In this document: positions 1-9,242 of the stretch, piece after piece
Layout: each line of letters opens with the position of its first letter
Position numbering within the stretch: position 1 is the stretch's first letter
Assembly: GCA_958296125.1 (NCBI GenBank)
Contig: OY282444.1
Location: 2,697,623-2,761,622, forward strand
Source of the DNA: an uncultured Poribacteria bacterium
GTDB lineage: Bacteria; Poribacteria; WGA-4E; PCPOR2b
Length of the DNA: 64,000 bases
Direction: 5' to 3'
Made by a program: the position numbers and the translations under genes
The notes under the pieces: model-generated
The model's input: the letters and a program-made list of their open reading frames with translations, nothing else
What the model was told of the DNA's origin: nothing
Databases searched by the model: none

Positions 1-469
1 GAAAATCCATTTTATATTCTAAAAGATACAAGAAAAGGCAAGCAGCGTGCAAATCTAAATTCTTCAGTTTGAAACTAATAGTTTCTACCTTGCAAAAATA
101 ACTTGGCTCATATTAGAAAATCGTGCAAAGAAACCGAGTTTTTTGGAAAAACTCGGTTTCTCTGAGCTATTCTGCACTCTCTTTTGACACGAGCCAATAA
201 AATGAGGAGACGGGTAAAGCAAAAACATCACCCAAGAGCTGATTTCTAGGTTTGATCACTAGGGCGTGTTGACATTTGGTTATTGCTAATTCTGTAAGCA
301 TCGGGCAATCCGCCAAAAACTGAGCTTAGATACATATCCCCCCGCTGGAGCTTTCATAACTAAATAAGTCAAACATCGCAATTCAAGAAAAGTTGGGTAT
401 ACCCCTACTTAGCATGTTTTATTAGTAACATTCAACCCAACTTACACCTGTGTCAAATGTCAACAGAAT

Positions 470-1483
470 CTAGCAAACCCCAGGGGTTGTAAGGTCTGCA
501 ATGATTCGGATTGTGCCAGAAAACGCTGCCCCCGGTTCCAGAACGATGACCCCGGCATCAATGCCTCTTGCTTCGAGATTAATCGCATCCGTTGGACAAG
601 TGTACGGTTCAAAGCAGATTGAGGGGCGGCCTGGCGGGGTGTAGACGACCAACTCTCGAAACTGCGCGTCGGATTCTAAGATCATACGGATGCCCCCGTC
701 TTGGTCGCCAATGACACAACGACTCACGTCCTCTGACAAGAGGACACCCGTCAGGACATCGTCAAACTGCCGTCCCGCGAGCGATTTTCCGAATCGGAAG
801 TCAGCATCTTCTTCCAAATCGGAGACCTCACCTGTCGGCAGGAGTTCCTCCAGTTCCCAACGCTTTGAAGCCGGCACAGTGATTAAGCATCTTTCAGCCG
901 AAGATTTCGATGACAACGGCACACGAAAATAGGGGTGGATGCCCAATCCCATCGGCATGTTACTATCGCCGGTATTCCTGATATCGATGCCCATCGTCAA
1001 GGTGGTTTCTATGAGCGTATAGGTGATCCGAATCTCAAACGGCAGCGGATACTGACGCATAATCTCTGGAAATTCCCGCGAATCTAGGCGACAAACGATT
1101 AAAGCCCCGTCCTCTGTATCCACGCTTTCAACCTGATACGGTTGATTTAGGGTGAGCCCATGAATGGAATTGGGGGTTCCCGGCGCTTTGTCGAATGTGT
1201 ATTCCTTTCCCTCAAAGGTGAATTTCCCCTCGCGGATTCGGTTCGGAAATGGGAATAGAATTGGATTCCCGTACCTTGTTGGCTCGTCTTTCAGCGTTTC
1301 CAGATCGGGAGGTGGGTCAATTAGGTCTATCCATTCACCGTTGACGGGGAGCCCAAAACTGTAGCAGTTATTTCCAAGGCTCGGCGCAATCCTCGCCTCT
1401 GCCTTTGTCGTCTCATCTCGCAAGACATAAATCTCAATACCATCAACCTCAATCCGATTGACGACATAACGCAATTCGCTCAT
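470..1483 (-). CDS. Aldose 1-epimerase (galactose mutarotase-like) family protein
   Basis: 337-aa ORF; mutarotase-like beta-sandwich signature with conserved His motifs (HGL, GIHPYF). Confidence 0.75.
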   Translation of the reverse strand: MSELRYVVNRIEVDGIEIYVLRDETTKAEARIAPSLGNNCYSFGLPVNGEWIDLIDPPPDLETLKDEPTRYGNPILFPFPNRIREGKFTFEGKEYTFDKAPGTPNSIHGLTLNQPYQVESVDTEDGALIVCRLDSREFPEIMRQYPLPFEIRITYTLIETTLTMGIDIRNTGDSNMPMGLGIHPYFRVPLSSKSSAERCLITVPASKRWELEELLPTGEVSDLEEDADFRFGKSLAGRQFDDVLTGVLLSEDVSRCVIGDQDGGIRMILESDAQFRELVVYTPPGRPSICFEPYTCPTDAINLEARGIDAGVIVLEPGAAFSGTIRIIADLTTPGVC

Positions 1484-1807
1484 TTGTTCCTCCGTGACGT
1501 AATGGTCTCATTCGTTGCTCCTTTGCTCCGTCCTATTTTTCTGCCAATCCTTTTGTCTCCTTCACTTGAGGGGGGTATCTATCATGAGTGCAAGTTGGCA
1601 CCTATCGCCCCGTCCCGATGCTGCGATCGGGATTCAAAGCAACTGGGTTTTGGATGGCAACTTAGATTATCATTATACCAAAATGTCGTGATTGTCTCAA
1701 GAAATAAAGGTGAGCTTGTGTGAAAATCCTTGATGTTAGGGCAACTTTTTGGTAAACTTATAGGTGCCACTATTGTAGGATCCACTATAATTCAGTGAAT
1801 CACGCTA

Positions 1808-2143
1808 ATGCGGAGGTTGACAATGCAATGGATGTCTCGCTGGCTCAAACCCGGCGAACCTGCTGATATTAATGCGTTGAAAAATCAGTTACAATCGGAA
1901 GGTTTTGGTGCGTATCAGTGGAAAGGAACACCCGGTGCTGCCTATCTGGACTACATCCACACACAGGATGAAGTGGTCTGCGTGTTGTCGGGCAGAGCCG
2001 ATGTGTCAGTAGAAGATGATCAGGGACAGATTCAAACCGGGGATCGCGTGGATGTCCCGGCAAATACCTATCACTCCATCACGGTGACGAGCGAGGAACC
2101 GCTGGTTGTGCTAACTGGTATGCGTTATCGAAGTGAAACGTGA
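1808..2143 (+). CDS. Cupin domain protein
   Basis: 111-aa ORF with cupin beta-barrel motif (VCVLSGRADV...TYHSI); 11-nt overlap with the downstream gene suggests an operon. Confidence 0.6.
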   Translation: MRRLTMQWMSRWLKPGEPADINALKNQLQSEGFGAYQWKGTPGAAYLDYIHTQDEVVCVLSGRADVSVEDDQGQIQTGDRVDVPANTYHSITVTSEEPLVVLTGMRYRSET

Positions 2144-2168
2144 TGCGCGAAACGTAAGGAGAATAATC

Positions 2169-4886
2169 GTGGCAATTCGACATTTCAAGGCGAGCATTTC
2201 GCTGATTACGATCCTGTTGTTGTTGAGCAGCTGTTCAATCTTCAACCGAAGCCAACCCTCTGAAAAAGTGATTGTCGATCCGCTGATCGAACGAAATAAA
2301 GAGTGGCGTGAGCAGGTCGAGACGGGAAATTTGGCACTCCAGGATGGAGACTTGGAAGGTGCCCTCGAAGCTTATCAAGCCGCCCTAGCGATTAAGCCGC
2401 ATTCGAGTCAGATCCAATTCCAAATCGCCAAGCTCTACTTCCAACAGGAGGAATACGAAAAAGCGAGGGATGCCTTCGTCGCTACAGTAACACTTGCCCC
2501 CAAGAATATGGATGCGCGTAACGCGCTTGGCCACATTTACGAGAAACTGAGTAACTATGAGGCTGCAACGCAGGTTTACGAGGATACTTTGGTGGTTGAT
2601 CCGCATAACCTGTATGCCCTCAACCACCTCGGATTGGCTTACAAGCAACTCGGCCGGCTCGACGACGCTGAACAGGTTTTACGGCAGGCGATGGGGGTTG
2701 ATCCAAAAGCTGCACGGCCTGACAGCAAAAATCTGCATAACTATCTTGGTTTGATTTACTGGGAAAAAGGCGACATCGGTGAAGCTATCGCCGAATTTAG
2801 AGAGTCGATCCGGCTTTTCCCAAAAGATATATGGCCTCGCCAAAGCCTCGCTTCTCTCTACGAAGATCATGGGCGTTACTACGAAGCACAACTCCAGTAC
2901 CATAAAATTTTGGAGATAGATCCGCAAAATCTCCTCGCTCCAACGCGCCTCCAAGCACTTGCACAGTTAGATCGATCTGCCCCGATACCCGTTCAACTTG
3001 CGCCTGTAGATCTAATCGACATTGACATTGAGGGAGTCATCGCCACCGCCCCTGATGCCGCGGATTATCCTAATGCTGATGCAATCATCCTGCTCAACCA
3101 GTTTAATCACGAAGTCACCCCAGTGGGGAAATCCCGCTATACCTCCCATCAGGTGGTCAAGATTTTGACGGAGAGGGGGGTGCAGAACTACGATGACATC
3201 GCCATCCCACATACCCCCACCGCACAACAGATAACAGTCAATGTGGCGCGGACTATCACCCCCGATGGTTCTGTTGTTGAACCACCGGAGGAGGCGTTCA
3301 ACGATGTCACACCACCGGGGCTGCTCTCCTACAACCTCTATTCCGATGCGATGTGGCGGGTCATCTCAATGCCTGCTCTCAAACCGGGGGTGTGCATTGA
3401 GTATCAAGTCACGCTTGAAGATGCAGGGGCAGAGTCGGTTGGGAGCACCTCATGGTTTTGGGGAGGCTTCAATTTTCAATCCAGAGATCCGATTCTGCAA
3501 TCCGCTTATGCCTTGCGTGTACCCAAAGGGACGAACTTCAAGTGGAAGGCGATCCATTGCCAACTCAATCCCCAAGTACTGCACGAGGGGGAAGCCAGCA
3601 CCTATCTCTGGACCTATGGCGAAACACCGGCGCTCAAGGAGGAATACAATATGCCAGCGACGAACGATATTGTTCCACGCTTGAGTTATTCATCTGTGGA
3701 ATCTTGGGACGCTGTTTACAATTGGTACCGAGACATCGCAAAGGACCGATACACCGTTGATCAAGCGATTGAGGAAATGGTTGAGGGACTCACCGCAGAC
3801 CGTCTCACGGAGGATGACAAAATTCGAGAGATATACCATTTCGTTGCATCACAGATTCGCTATGTAGGGATTGAGCTCGGTCAAGGCGCGTATCAGCCTA
3901 CGCCAGCCGATCAGGTGCTCAGTGTCCGATACGGCGACTGCAAGGACAAAACTACCTTGATGATCACGATGCTCAATCTGCTGGGTATTGAGGCGTTTCC
4001 GGTGATGCTAAATCCCACGCCATATCAGCGCGTCGATCCGGAACTTCCGTCGCTCGGACAGTTTAGCCACCTGATTGCTGCGATTCCGCGTGATGATGGC
4101 GACTATATTTGGCTTGATCCGACTGCTGATACCTGCAGCTACGGCGATCTCCCAGCGCGGAATCAAGGACGCAAAGGGTTCGTCATCCGAAGCGATCGGG
4201 GCGAGTTTGTTGATATTCCAATTTCTATGCCTGAAGCCAATCGGTTAATCATTGACACCCAGATCGCACTGACGGAAAATGGGACGGTTCAAGGAACCAT
4301 GCAGGTTGACACCCGTGGACAGTACAATCTTAAGGCACGGTTGGAGTACAAGCAGGTATCGCCGAGTGCGTGGAAGGATACCTTCGCCGTTGGACTTGGG
4401 ATACAATTTCCCGGTGTCCGGATTGATGCGGTGCGGATTTCCGACTTGGCGGACCTCAACGTACCGGTTCAGCTAAACGTTGCTTTTACCGTCAAGAATT
4501 ATGCCGAACCGATTGGTAACCGCCTGGTGTTTCCGCTGCCAAACGATGAATTTTCGGACTACGCGGAGATTTTTGCAGCCGTTGAACGTCAGCACCCGCT
4601 TGATCTGAGTTACCCGATGCGGATGAAGAAAACGATCCGGATTGCCCTGCCGGAGGGGTGGAGGGCGACGTTCCCGAAGGAGGTTCGTTTAGAAAATCGC
4701 TTTGCCACCATAGAGCGACAGTACAAACTTGAAGGAAATCAGCTCCATTACGAGCTCAATTTTGCTATCAAGGAGCGGATCATACCGCCCGAAGATTATC
4801 TCGCAGCGAAACGTTTTTTCAATATGCTAATACGAGAGGATCGGACGCAACTCATCTTGGAGAAGCACGGCAAACCTAAAGCATAA
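2169..4886 (+). CDS. TPR-repeat / transglutaminase-like (DUF3857/DUF3858-type) lipoprotein
   Basis: Long ORF. N-terminal TPR repeats (LYFQQEEYEKARDAF, LGHIYEKLSNYEAA...). Transglutaminase-like core Cys in YGDCKDKTTLMITMLNLLGIEA. Start placed at GTG 2169 after AAGGAG, giving lipoprotein signal MAIRHFKASISLITILLLLSSC. Confidence 0.7.
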   Translation: MAIRHFKASISLITILLLLSSCSIFNRSQPSEKVIVDPLIERNKEWREQVETGNLALQDGDLEGALEAYQAALAIKPHSSQIQFQIAKLYFQQEEYEKARDAFVATVTLAPKNMDARNALGHIYEKLSNYEAATQVYEDTLVVDPHNLYALNHLGLAYKQLGRLDDAEQVLRQAMGVDPKAARPDSKNLHNYLGLIYWEKGDIGEAIAEFRESIRLFPKDIWPRQSLASLYEDHGRYYEAQLQYHKILEIDPQNLLAPTRLQALAQLDRSAPIPVQLAPVDLIDIDIEGVIATAPDAADYPNADAIILLNQFNHEVTPVGKSRYTSHQVVKILTERGVQNYDDIAIPHTPTAQQITVNVARTITPDGSVVEPPEEAFNDVTPPGLLSYNLYSDAMWRVISMPALKPGVCIEYQVTLEDAGAESVGSTSWFWGGFNFQSRDPILQSAYALRVPKGTNFKWKAIHCQLNPQVLHEGEASTYLWTYGETPALKEEYNMPATNDIVPRLSYSSVESWDAVYNWYRDIAKDRYTVDQAIEEMVEGLTADRLTEDDKIREIYHFVASQIRYVGIELGQGAYQPTPADQVLSVRYGDCKDKTTLMITMLNLLGIEAFPVMLNPTPYQRVDPELPSLGQFSHLIAAIPRDDGDYIWLDPTADTCSYGDLPARNQGRKGFVIRSDRGEFVDIPISMPEANRLIIDTQIALTENGTVQGTMQVDTRGQYNLKARLEYKQVSPSAWKDTFAVGLGIQFPGVRIDAVRISDLADLNVPVQLNVAFTVKNYAEPIGNRLVFPLPNDEFSDYAEIFAAVERQHPLDLSYPMRMKKTIRIALPEGWRATFPKEVRLENRFATIERQYKLEGNQLHYELNFAIKERIIPPEDYLAAKRFFNMLIREDRTQLILEKHGKPKA

Positions 4887-4927
4887 GCAATGAACAGGCG
4901 GAAGGGAGTCCATTTTTAACGTAGCGT

Positions 4928-5338
4928 TTGATCAATGGAGGTTTCACAATGAACACATCATTTGAACGACCCTACAGACCTGTAGATCTGAACATACCGA
5001 TGACGAAGGCGTTTCCGCTTATGTCAATGGCTGAAAAACTGATGAGAGAAGCGACATTCGCCACATCAGGACGAGCCTCGCTGACACTGGCTCGCGGGGA
5101 TGAAATGACCGTCGTACTGACCGTCCTCAAAGCGGGAACCGCGCTTGAGGAGCATCCGGCACCTGCCGCCGCTACTGTTATTATGCTTAGCGGAAACATT
5201 ATATTTACAACAGGTGCTGAGAAGATTACGCTCGAACCAGGTGAGGCAGTTACCTTCACGACTGACATCCTTCACGCTGTCTATGCCAACGAAGATAGTG
5301 CATTCCTTATCGTCATTGGTGGGAGAGGGACTAGGTGA
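4928..5338 (+). CDS. Cupin domain protein
   Basis: 136-aa ORF with cupin-like core (VLKAGTALEEHPAPAAATVIMLSGNIIFTTGAEKITLEPGEAVTF). Confidence 0.5.
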   Translation: MINGGFTMNTSFERPYRPVDLNIPMTKAFPLMSMAEKLMREATFATSGRASLTLARGDEMTVVLTVLKAGTALEEHPAPAAATVIMLSGNIIFTTGAEKITLEPGEAVTFTTDILHAVYANEDSAFLIVIGGRGTR

Positions 5339-5438
5339 TACACAGAAAAGCAGTGAATTGAACGATAAAAATGATGGTAGGGATAGGACAGTTGCCTGCT
5401 CTACCTCGATCGATATATCAGAAGAAAGGACGGTCTCT

Positions 5439-6170
5439 ATGACGACCAAAGATTGGAAGATATTAGCTGAACAATTAGATAGAGAACTCGGCTTGAAACA
5501 TCCCGCCATCGCCATCACGTTCTCTGACGAAGTGCCTCAAGGCGTGTCTGCCTACGAGAGTGAAATGCCCGCCCCAACCCCCGATGGTCGAAGTGGCAAA
5601 GTTCCGGCGGGGTGCGTCTTTTGGAAGGAGGCCGTTGATCAGACGTTTACGACGGTGCCAGAAGACCACTATAACTGTAGCGTTGGGAGTGTTACACACG
5701 GGTTGAAAACGTTGGAAGAGGTAATGAATAACGGAGATGTTGGAGCCGTTGTGGAGGTGGGGTGGGTGTCCCCCGAAGAGGCGATGCAGCTTCCATTCGT
5801 AACAGATCGCCCGAACTACATCGCCTATGGGCCATTAACGGATACCCCTGTTGACCCCGATGTGATACTTTTGCGGGTAAACGCTTTCCAAGCAATGGTT
5901 ATCCATGATGGATTTAGTGATACAGTTTTCGTTGGCAAACCGCAATGCCACATCATCCCAATCTCGAAGGAGCAGGGGAAACTCGCGATCAGTACAGGGT
6001 GTATGTTAAGCCGGGTGCGGACGGGGATGGCACCGGATGAGATGACGTGCACAATTCCATCGGAACGGTTGGAGGAAGTTGTTGAAAAGTTAAAGGTCAG
6101 ACGGGAAGCGAATGCGGCGGTTGCCGCTTACGCCAACGAAGATCTGCGTCGATTTGCCGAATCCCGTTAA
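5439..6170 (+). CDS. DUF169-family protein
   Basis: ATG at 5439 preceded by GAAAGGA. Product MTTKDWKILAEQLDRELGLKHPAIAITF... matches DUF169 length and N-terminus. The longer upstream ORF extension overlaps the previous gene and is rejected. Confidence 0.55.
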   Translation: MTTKDWKILAEQLDRELGLKHPAIAITFSDEVPQGVSAYESEMPAPTPDGRSGKVPAGCVFWKEAVDQTFTTVPEDHYNCSVGSVTHGLKTLEEVMNNGDVGAVVEVGWVSPEEAMQLPFVTDRPNYIAYGPLTDTPVDPDVILLRVNAFQAMVIHDGFSDTVFVGKPQCHIIPISKEQGKLAISTGCMLSRVRTGMAPDEMTCTIPSERLEEVVEKLKVRREANAAVAAYANEDLRRFAESR

Positions 6171-6185
6171 TTTTTGGCCATTCGT

Positions 6186-7229
6186 CTAAACGGAAACCCC
6201 AACACTTTGGGCGGTTTCAACGAGGCGTTCCCATGTCGTATCGTCGAGTGGGATGCCGTCTGCCAATCGTTGCTGTCGGGTACGTGCGGAGCGTTCACCG
6301 GGAATCGAAATTTCATCGAAACCGGGAGCAGTTGGGGAGGCTTTGACGAAATCTATCAACTGTGTGACGTGCGCTTCAAAATCGGCAAGCGTCGTGAATT
6401 TCTCAATGTTGATGACGATGATAAAGAAGGCGTTGCCGACATCGGGGGGTGATGATCGGCTGCAACCGGCTTCGCACATCGCACCGGCGAGAATATCTGT
6501 CAGCAGGCTTAATCCGTAACCTTTGTGACCTGCTATGTCGCCGAATGGAAGTAGTGCCCCTTGCGGATGTTCGAGGTATGCGTTGGGATCGGTGCTTGGA
6601 ACCCCATCGGCATCGAGAATCCAACCTTCCGGCAACGGCTCGCCGCGACTGCGATACGCCCGAATTTTCCCACCGGCAACTATACTCGTGGTGAGGTCGA
6701 TGACCATCGGTCCGTCCTTGCCTATGGGGAGGGCACACGCTAGCGGGTTGGTGCTGAGTCGCCGATCGGTGCCTCCCCACGGCGCAACGCCATGATCCCC
6801 TCCATGACCATTAAGAAACAGTAAGCCAATCATCTTCGCCTCGGCGGCCATCATCACATAATCGGCGAGACGCCCAATGTGGTTGCAATTGTACACATTC
6901 ACGGTGCTGATGGTATGTTCTTTCGCTTTTGCAATGGCGATTTCCATCGCTTGTGTGGCAATGAATTGTCCCAATCCTCTATGCCCATCAATGACCGTGC
7001 TCGAAGGAGTTTCGCTGACAATCTCAATCTCCACGTCTGGATCGATTGTCTTATTCCGGATGCTCAGAACGTACTGCGGCAAGCGCAAAACACCGTGTGA
7101 ATCGTGTCCGGCGAGATTGGATTCGATGAGCAAATTGGCAATCGTTTGGGCTTTGTCCGCTTTGAGACCAAGCGCGGTAAAGATATTAATGCTGATGGTT
7201 CTGAGTTGGGCGACAGGAATCAGTGGCAT
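6186..7229 (-). CDS. Ldh_2 family (malate/L-lactate/ureidoglycolate-type) dehydrogenase
   Basis: 347 aa with the AGHDSHGVLRLPQY motif typical of Ldh family 2 oxidoreductases. Confidence 0.75.
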   Translation of the reverse strand: MPLIPVAQLRTISINIFTALGLKADKAQTIANLLIESNLAGHDSHGVLRLPQYVLSIRNKTIDPDVEIEIVSETPSSTVIDGHRGLGQFIATQAMEIAIAKAKEHTISTVNVYNCNHIGRLADYVMMAAEAKMIGLLFLNGHGGDHGVAPWGGTDRRLSTNPLACALPIGKDGPMVIDLTTSIVAGGKIRAYRSRGEPLPEGWILDADGVPSTDPNAYLEHPQGALLPFGDIAGHKGYGLSLLTDILAGAMCEAGCSRSSPPDVGNAFFIIVINIEKFTTLADFEAHVTQLIDFVKASPTAPGFDEISIPGERSARTRQQRLADGIPLDDTTWERLVETAQSVGVSV

Positions 7230-8305
7230 TAGTTGAGGAGCTCATAGAGGAAATTCCGTTGCTTCGGAACATATCTTAACTCAGTGATCGTTCGCTCGAT
7301 TTCTTCAATGGGCATACAGTAGACCGTCCCTGCCTGGCTAACGACGTTCTCCTCGATCATCGTACCGCCCATATCGTTTGCCCCAAACTTGAGCGACAGT
7401 TGACCGATCTTCGGTCCTTGGGTGACCCATGAGGATTGGAAGTTGTCAAAGTTGTCGAGCATCAGCCGGGAGATTGCAAGTGTCTTGAGGTATTCAAAAC
7501 TGCCCGCGGGGGCGATATGTTCGAGGCGCGTGTGGTTGGGCTGAAGCGACCAACAGATGAAAGCAGTGAAGCCGCCCGTCTCGTCTTGCAATTCGCGCAG
7601 GCGGAGGAGATGCTCCACACGTTCACCGTAGCTTTCGACGTGTCCGTACATCATCGTTGCGCTTGAACGGAGGCCCACGTAGTGACCTTGCCGCATCACT
7701 TCCAGCCACTCGTCGGAGGTACACTTTTTCGGACTGATTTCGTCGCGGGCGTGGTCAGTCAAAATCTCCGCTCCGCCGCCGGGAATGGAATCTAAGCCGG
7801 CATCGCGTAAACGGATTAAGGTCTCTTCGAGGGAGAGTCGATTGATTTTGGCGAACCAATCAAGCTCTGGTGGGGAGAAGCCGTGAATATGGATTTTGTA
7901 ATTTGCTTTAATCCACTGGAGGAGGTCTTCGTACCAATCCAGTTTCAGTTTGGGGTGTAATCCGCCCTGCATAAGGATGAGTGCACCCCCGAGATCAATC
8001 GTCTCTTGGATTTTATGCCCCAACTCCGCCTTGGACATCACATACGCATCGGGGTCGGTTTTATGGCGATAGAAGGCACAAAAGTCGCAATCGACATAGC
8101 ACCAGTTTGTGTAGTTGATATTGCGATCAATGATATAGGTGATGTGGTTTTCCGGGTGCTTCCGTTGTCGAATTACATCGGCGGCCGCTCCGATTGACAG
8201 GAGGTCATAACTCTTGAAAAGAGTCAGTCCATCATCAAAACCCAAGCGTTCACCGGCTAACACCTTTTCCAAAATCGGTTGAATGGTTGCGTCCATACTT
8301 CTCAA
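7229..8305 (-). CDS. Radical SAM enzyme, MqnC/MqnE/CofH-like (futalosine or F420 family)
   Basis: CxxxCxxC cluster (CYVDCDFCAFY), about 358 aa, with GG/ENxxxxAG motifs shared by the MqnC/MqnE/CofG/CofH subfamily. Confidence 0.65.
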   Translation of the reverse strand: MRSMDATIQPILEKVLAGERLGFDDGLTLFKSYDLLSIGAAADVIRQRKHPENHITYIIDRNINYTNWCYVDCDFCAFYRHKTDPDAYVMSKAELGHKIQETIDLGGALILMQGGLHPKLKLDWYEDLLQWIKANYKIHIHGFSPPELDWFAKINRLSLEETLIRLRDAGLDSIPGGGAEILTDHARDEISPKKCTSDEWLEVMRQGHYVGLRSSATMMYGHVESYGERVEHLLRLRELQDETGGFTAFICWSLQPNHTRLEHIAPAGSFEYLKTLAISRLMLDNFDNFQSSWVTQGPKIGQLSLKFGANDMGGTMIEENVVSQAGTVYCMPIEEIERTITELRYVPKQRNFLYELLN

Positions 8306-8353
8306 TTACCTCGTTTCATCGTGTGGGTCTTCGCCATCTCTGAGTTGGACATT

Positions 8354-8857
8354 TCAATCGTTGTCATGACCCTCGTCGTGTTGCTCTCCGGCGCCTTGTT
8401 CACTTGAGCCAGTCTCTGGATGGGCAGACCATTTATTAAAGTCCTGTCCTGCTGCGTTGAGTTCAACGTTTATCTTTTGACTGGGGGCAAGGTCGGTCGG
8501 TGTTGTGGGTCCCAGTTCTATTCCGTTAGATAGGTGAACTTCAACGCGCACTTTGGGCAAGGTTTGGTTCGTCGTATTTTCTACCGTTCCAACGAAGGCA
8601 TTTGTTTTCGCATCATAGACAAGCTTTAACCGCGCACCGTTTCGCACTTGGTCGTAAGGTTCGTCTTTAGCAAACTGTTGCCCAGATTCCTCCCCTTCGC
8701 CGCCTGCTTCTTCATGACCTGGTAGGTGCCCTGTCAGTTCACCATTTGCCCCATGCTCTCCATCTTCTTCATCGGTAGATGATGCACAGTTGATGCCACT
8801 GATAAGGGCCAAGATAATAAGCATGATTATGGTTAGTGTCTGCATGTTGACTTTCAT
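8354..8857 (-). CDS. Secreted acidic His/Glu-rich hypothetical protein
   Basis: N-terminal signal peptide (MKVNMQTLTIIMLIILALISGINC) followed by H/E/G-rich segments; possible periplasmic metal-binding protein. Confidence 0.5.
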   Translation of the reverse strand: MKVNMQTLTIIMLIILALISGINCASSTDEEDGEHGANGELTGHLPGHEEAGGEGEESGQQFAKDEPYDQVRNGARLKLVYDAKTNAFVGTVENTTNQTLPKVRVEVHLSNGIELGPTTPTDLAPSQKINVELNAAGQDFNKWSAHPETGSSEQGAGEQHDEGHDND

Positions 8858-9054
8858 TTGATAGTCCTTTCTAATTATCTGAATTGTCTGCCGTAACTTA
8901 GCAACATTGAATGGAAAAAATTATACCACAACTGCAGAAAAGTAACAACCGAAAGACCTGATGGTAAGGCTATTTAGTTTTCGGTTTTTTGACCAATTTT
9001 GGCGGAACGGGAGGCGATCTATCGGGGAGCCCAGGGAATGCCCCTCCTCGAATC

Positions 9055-9135
9055 CCCCTGCCTGTGCTACCCTCCTTAATTCCCTCGCCTGCGCTACCCC
9101 TCTTAATTCCCTCGCCTGCGCTACCCCCCTTAATC
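9055..9135. repeat. Tandem repeat, 3 x 27 bp (unit about CCCTCGCCTGCGCTACCCCTCTTAATT)
   Basis: Periodicity of 27 read directly: units start at 9055, 9082, 9109. Followed by hairpin CCCCCCGC-AA-GCGGGGGG (9135..9152). Confidence 0.85.
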
Positions 9136-9190
9136 CCCCCGCAAGCGGGGGGAGGGGGGCCACATCGGAGGCGGGTCAGGCTGCCCCGCC

Positions 9191-9208
9191 CCTGGTCTCG
9201 GAACGGAC
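9191..9208 (+). repeat. Dispersed 18-bp repeat copy (CCTGGTCTCGGAACGGAC)
   Basis: Exact core match, intergenic, preceded by the GCTGCCCCGC module also seen at the 56533 locus. Confidence 0.7.
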
Positions 9209-9242
9209 TGAAGAATTAAATGACCCTACCTGATGGCTCCAG

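Noticed and set aside
5145-5438. Long N-terminal extension of the DUF169 ORF starting at 5145
   Set aside because: Overlaps the preceding cupin gene by about 200 bp with no RBS. An internal ATG at 5439 has a good RBS and gives the canonical DUF169 N-terminus.
9055-9135. Possible CRISPR array
   Set aside because: Units are directly contiguous (27-bp period, no spacers), only three copies, and no cas genes in the window.
8921-9233. Three overlapping ORFs (80-90 aa, proline/alanine-rich) across the 8921..9233 region
   Set aside because: Their length and composition derive entirely from the 27-bp tandem repeat and GC-rich hairpin. Low-complexity translation in all frames, no RBS, intergenic context.
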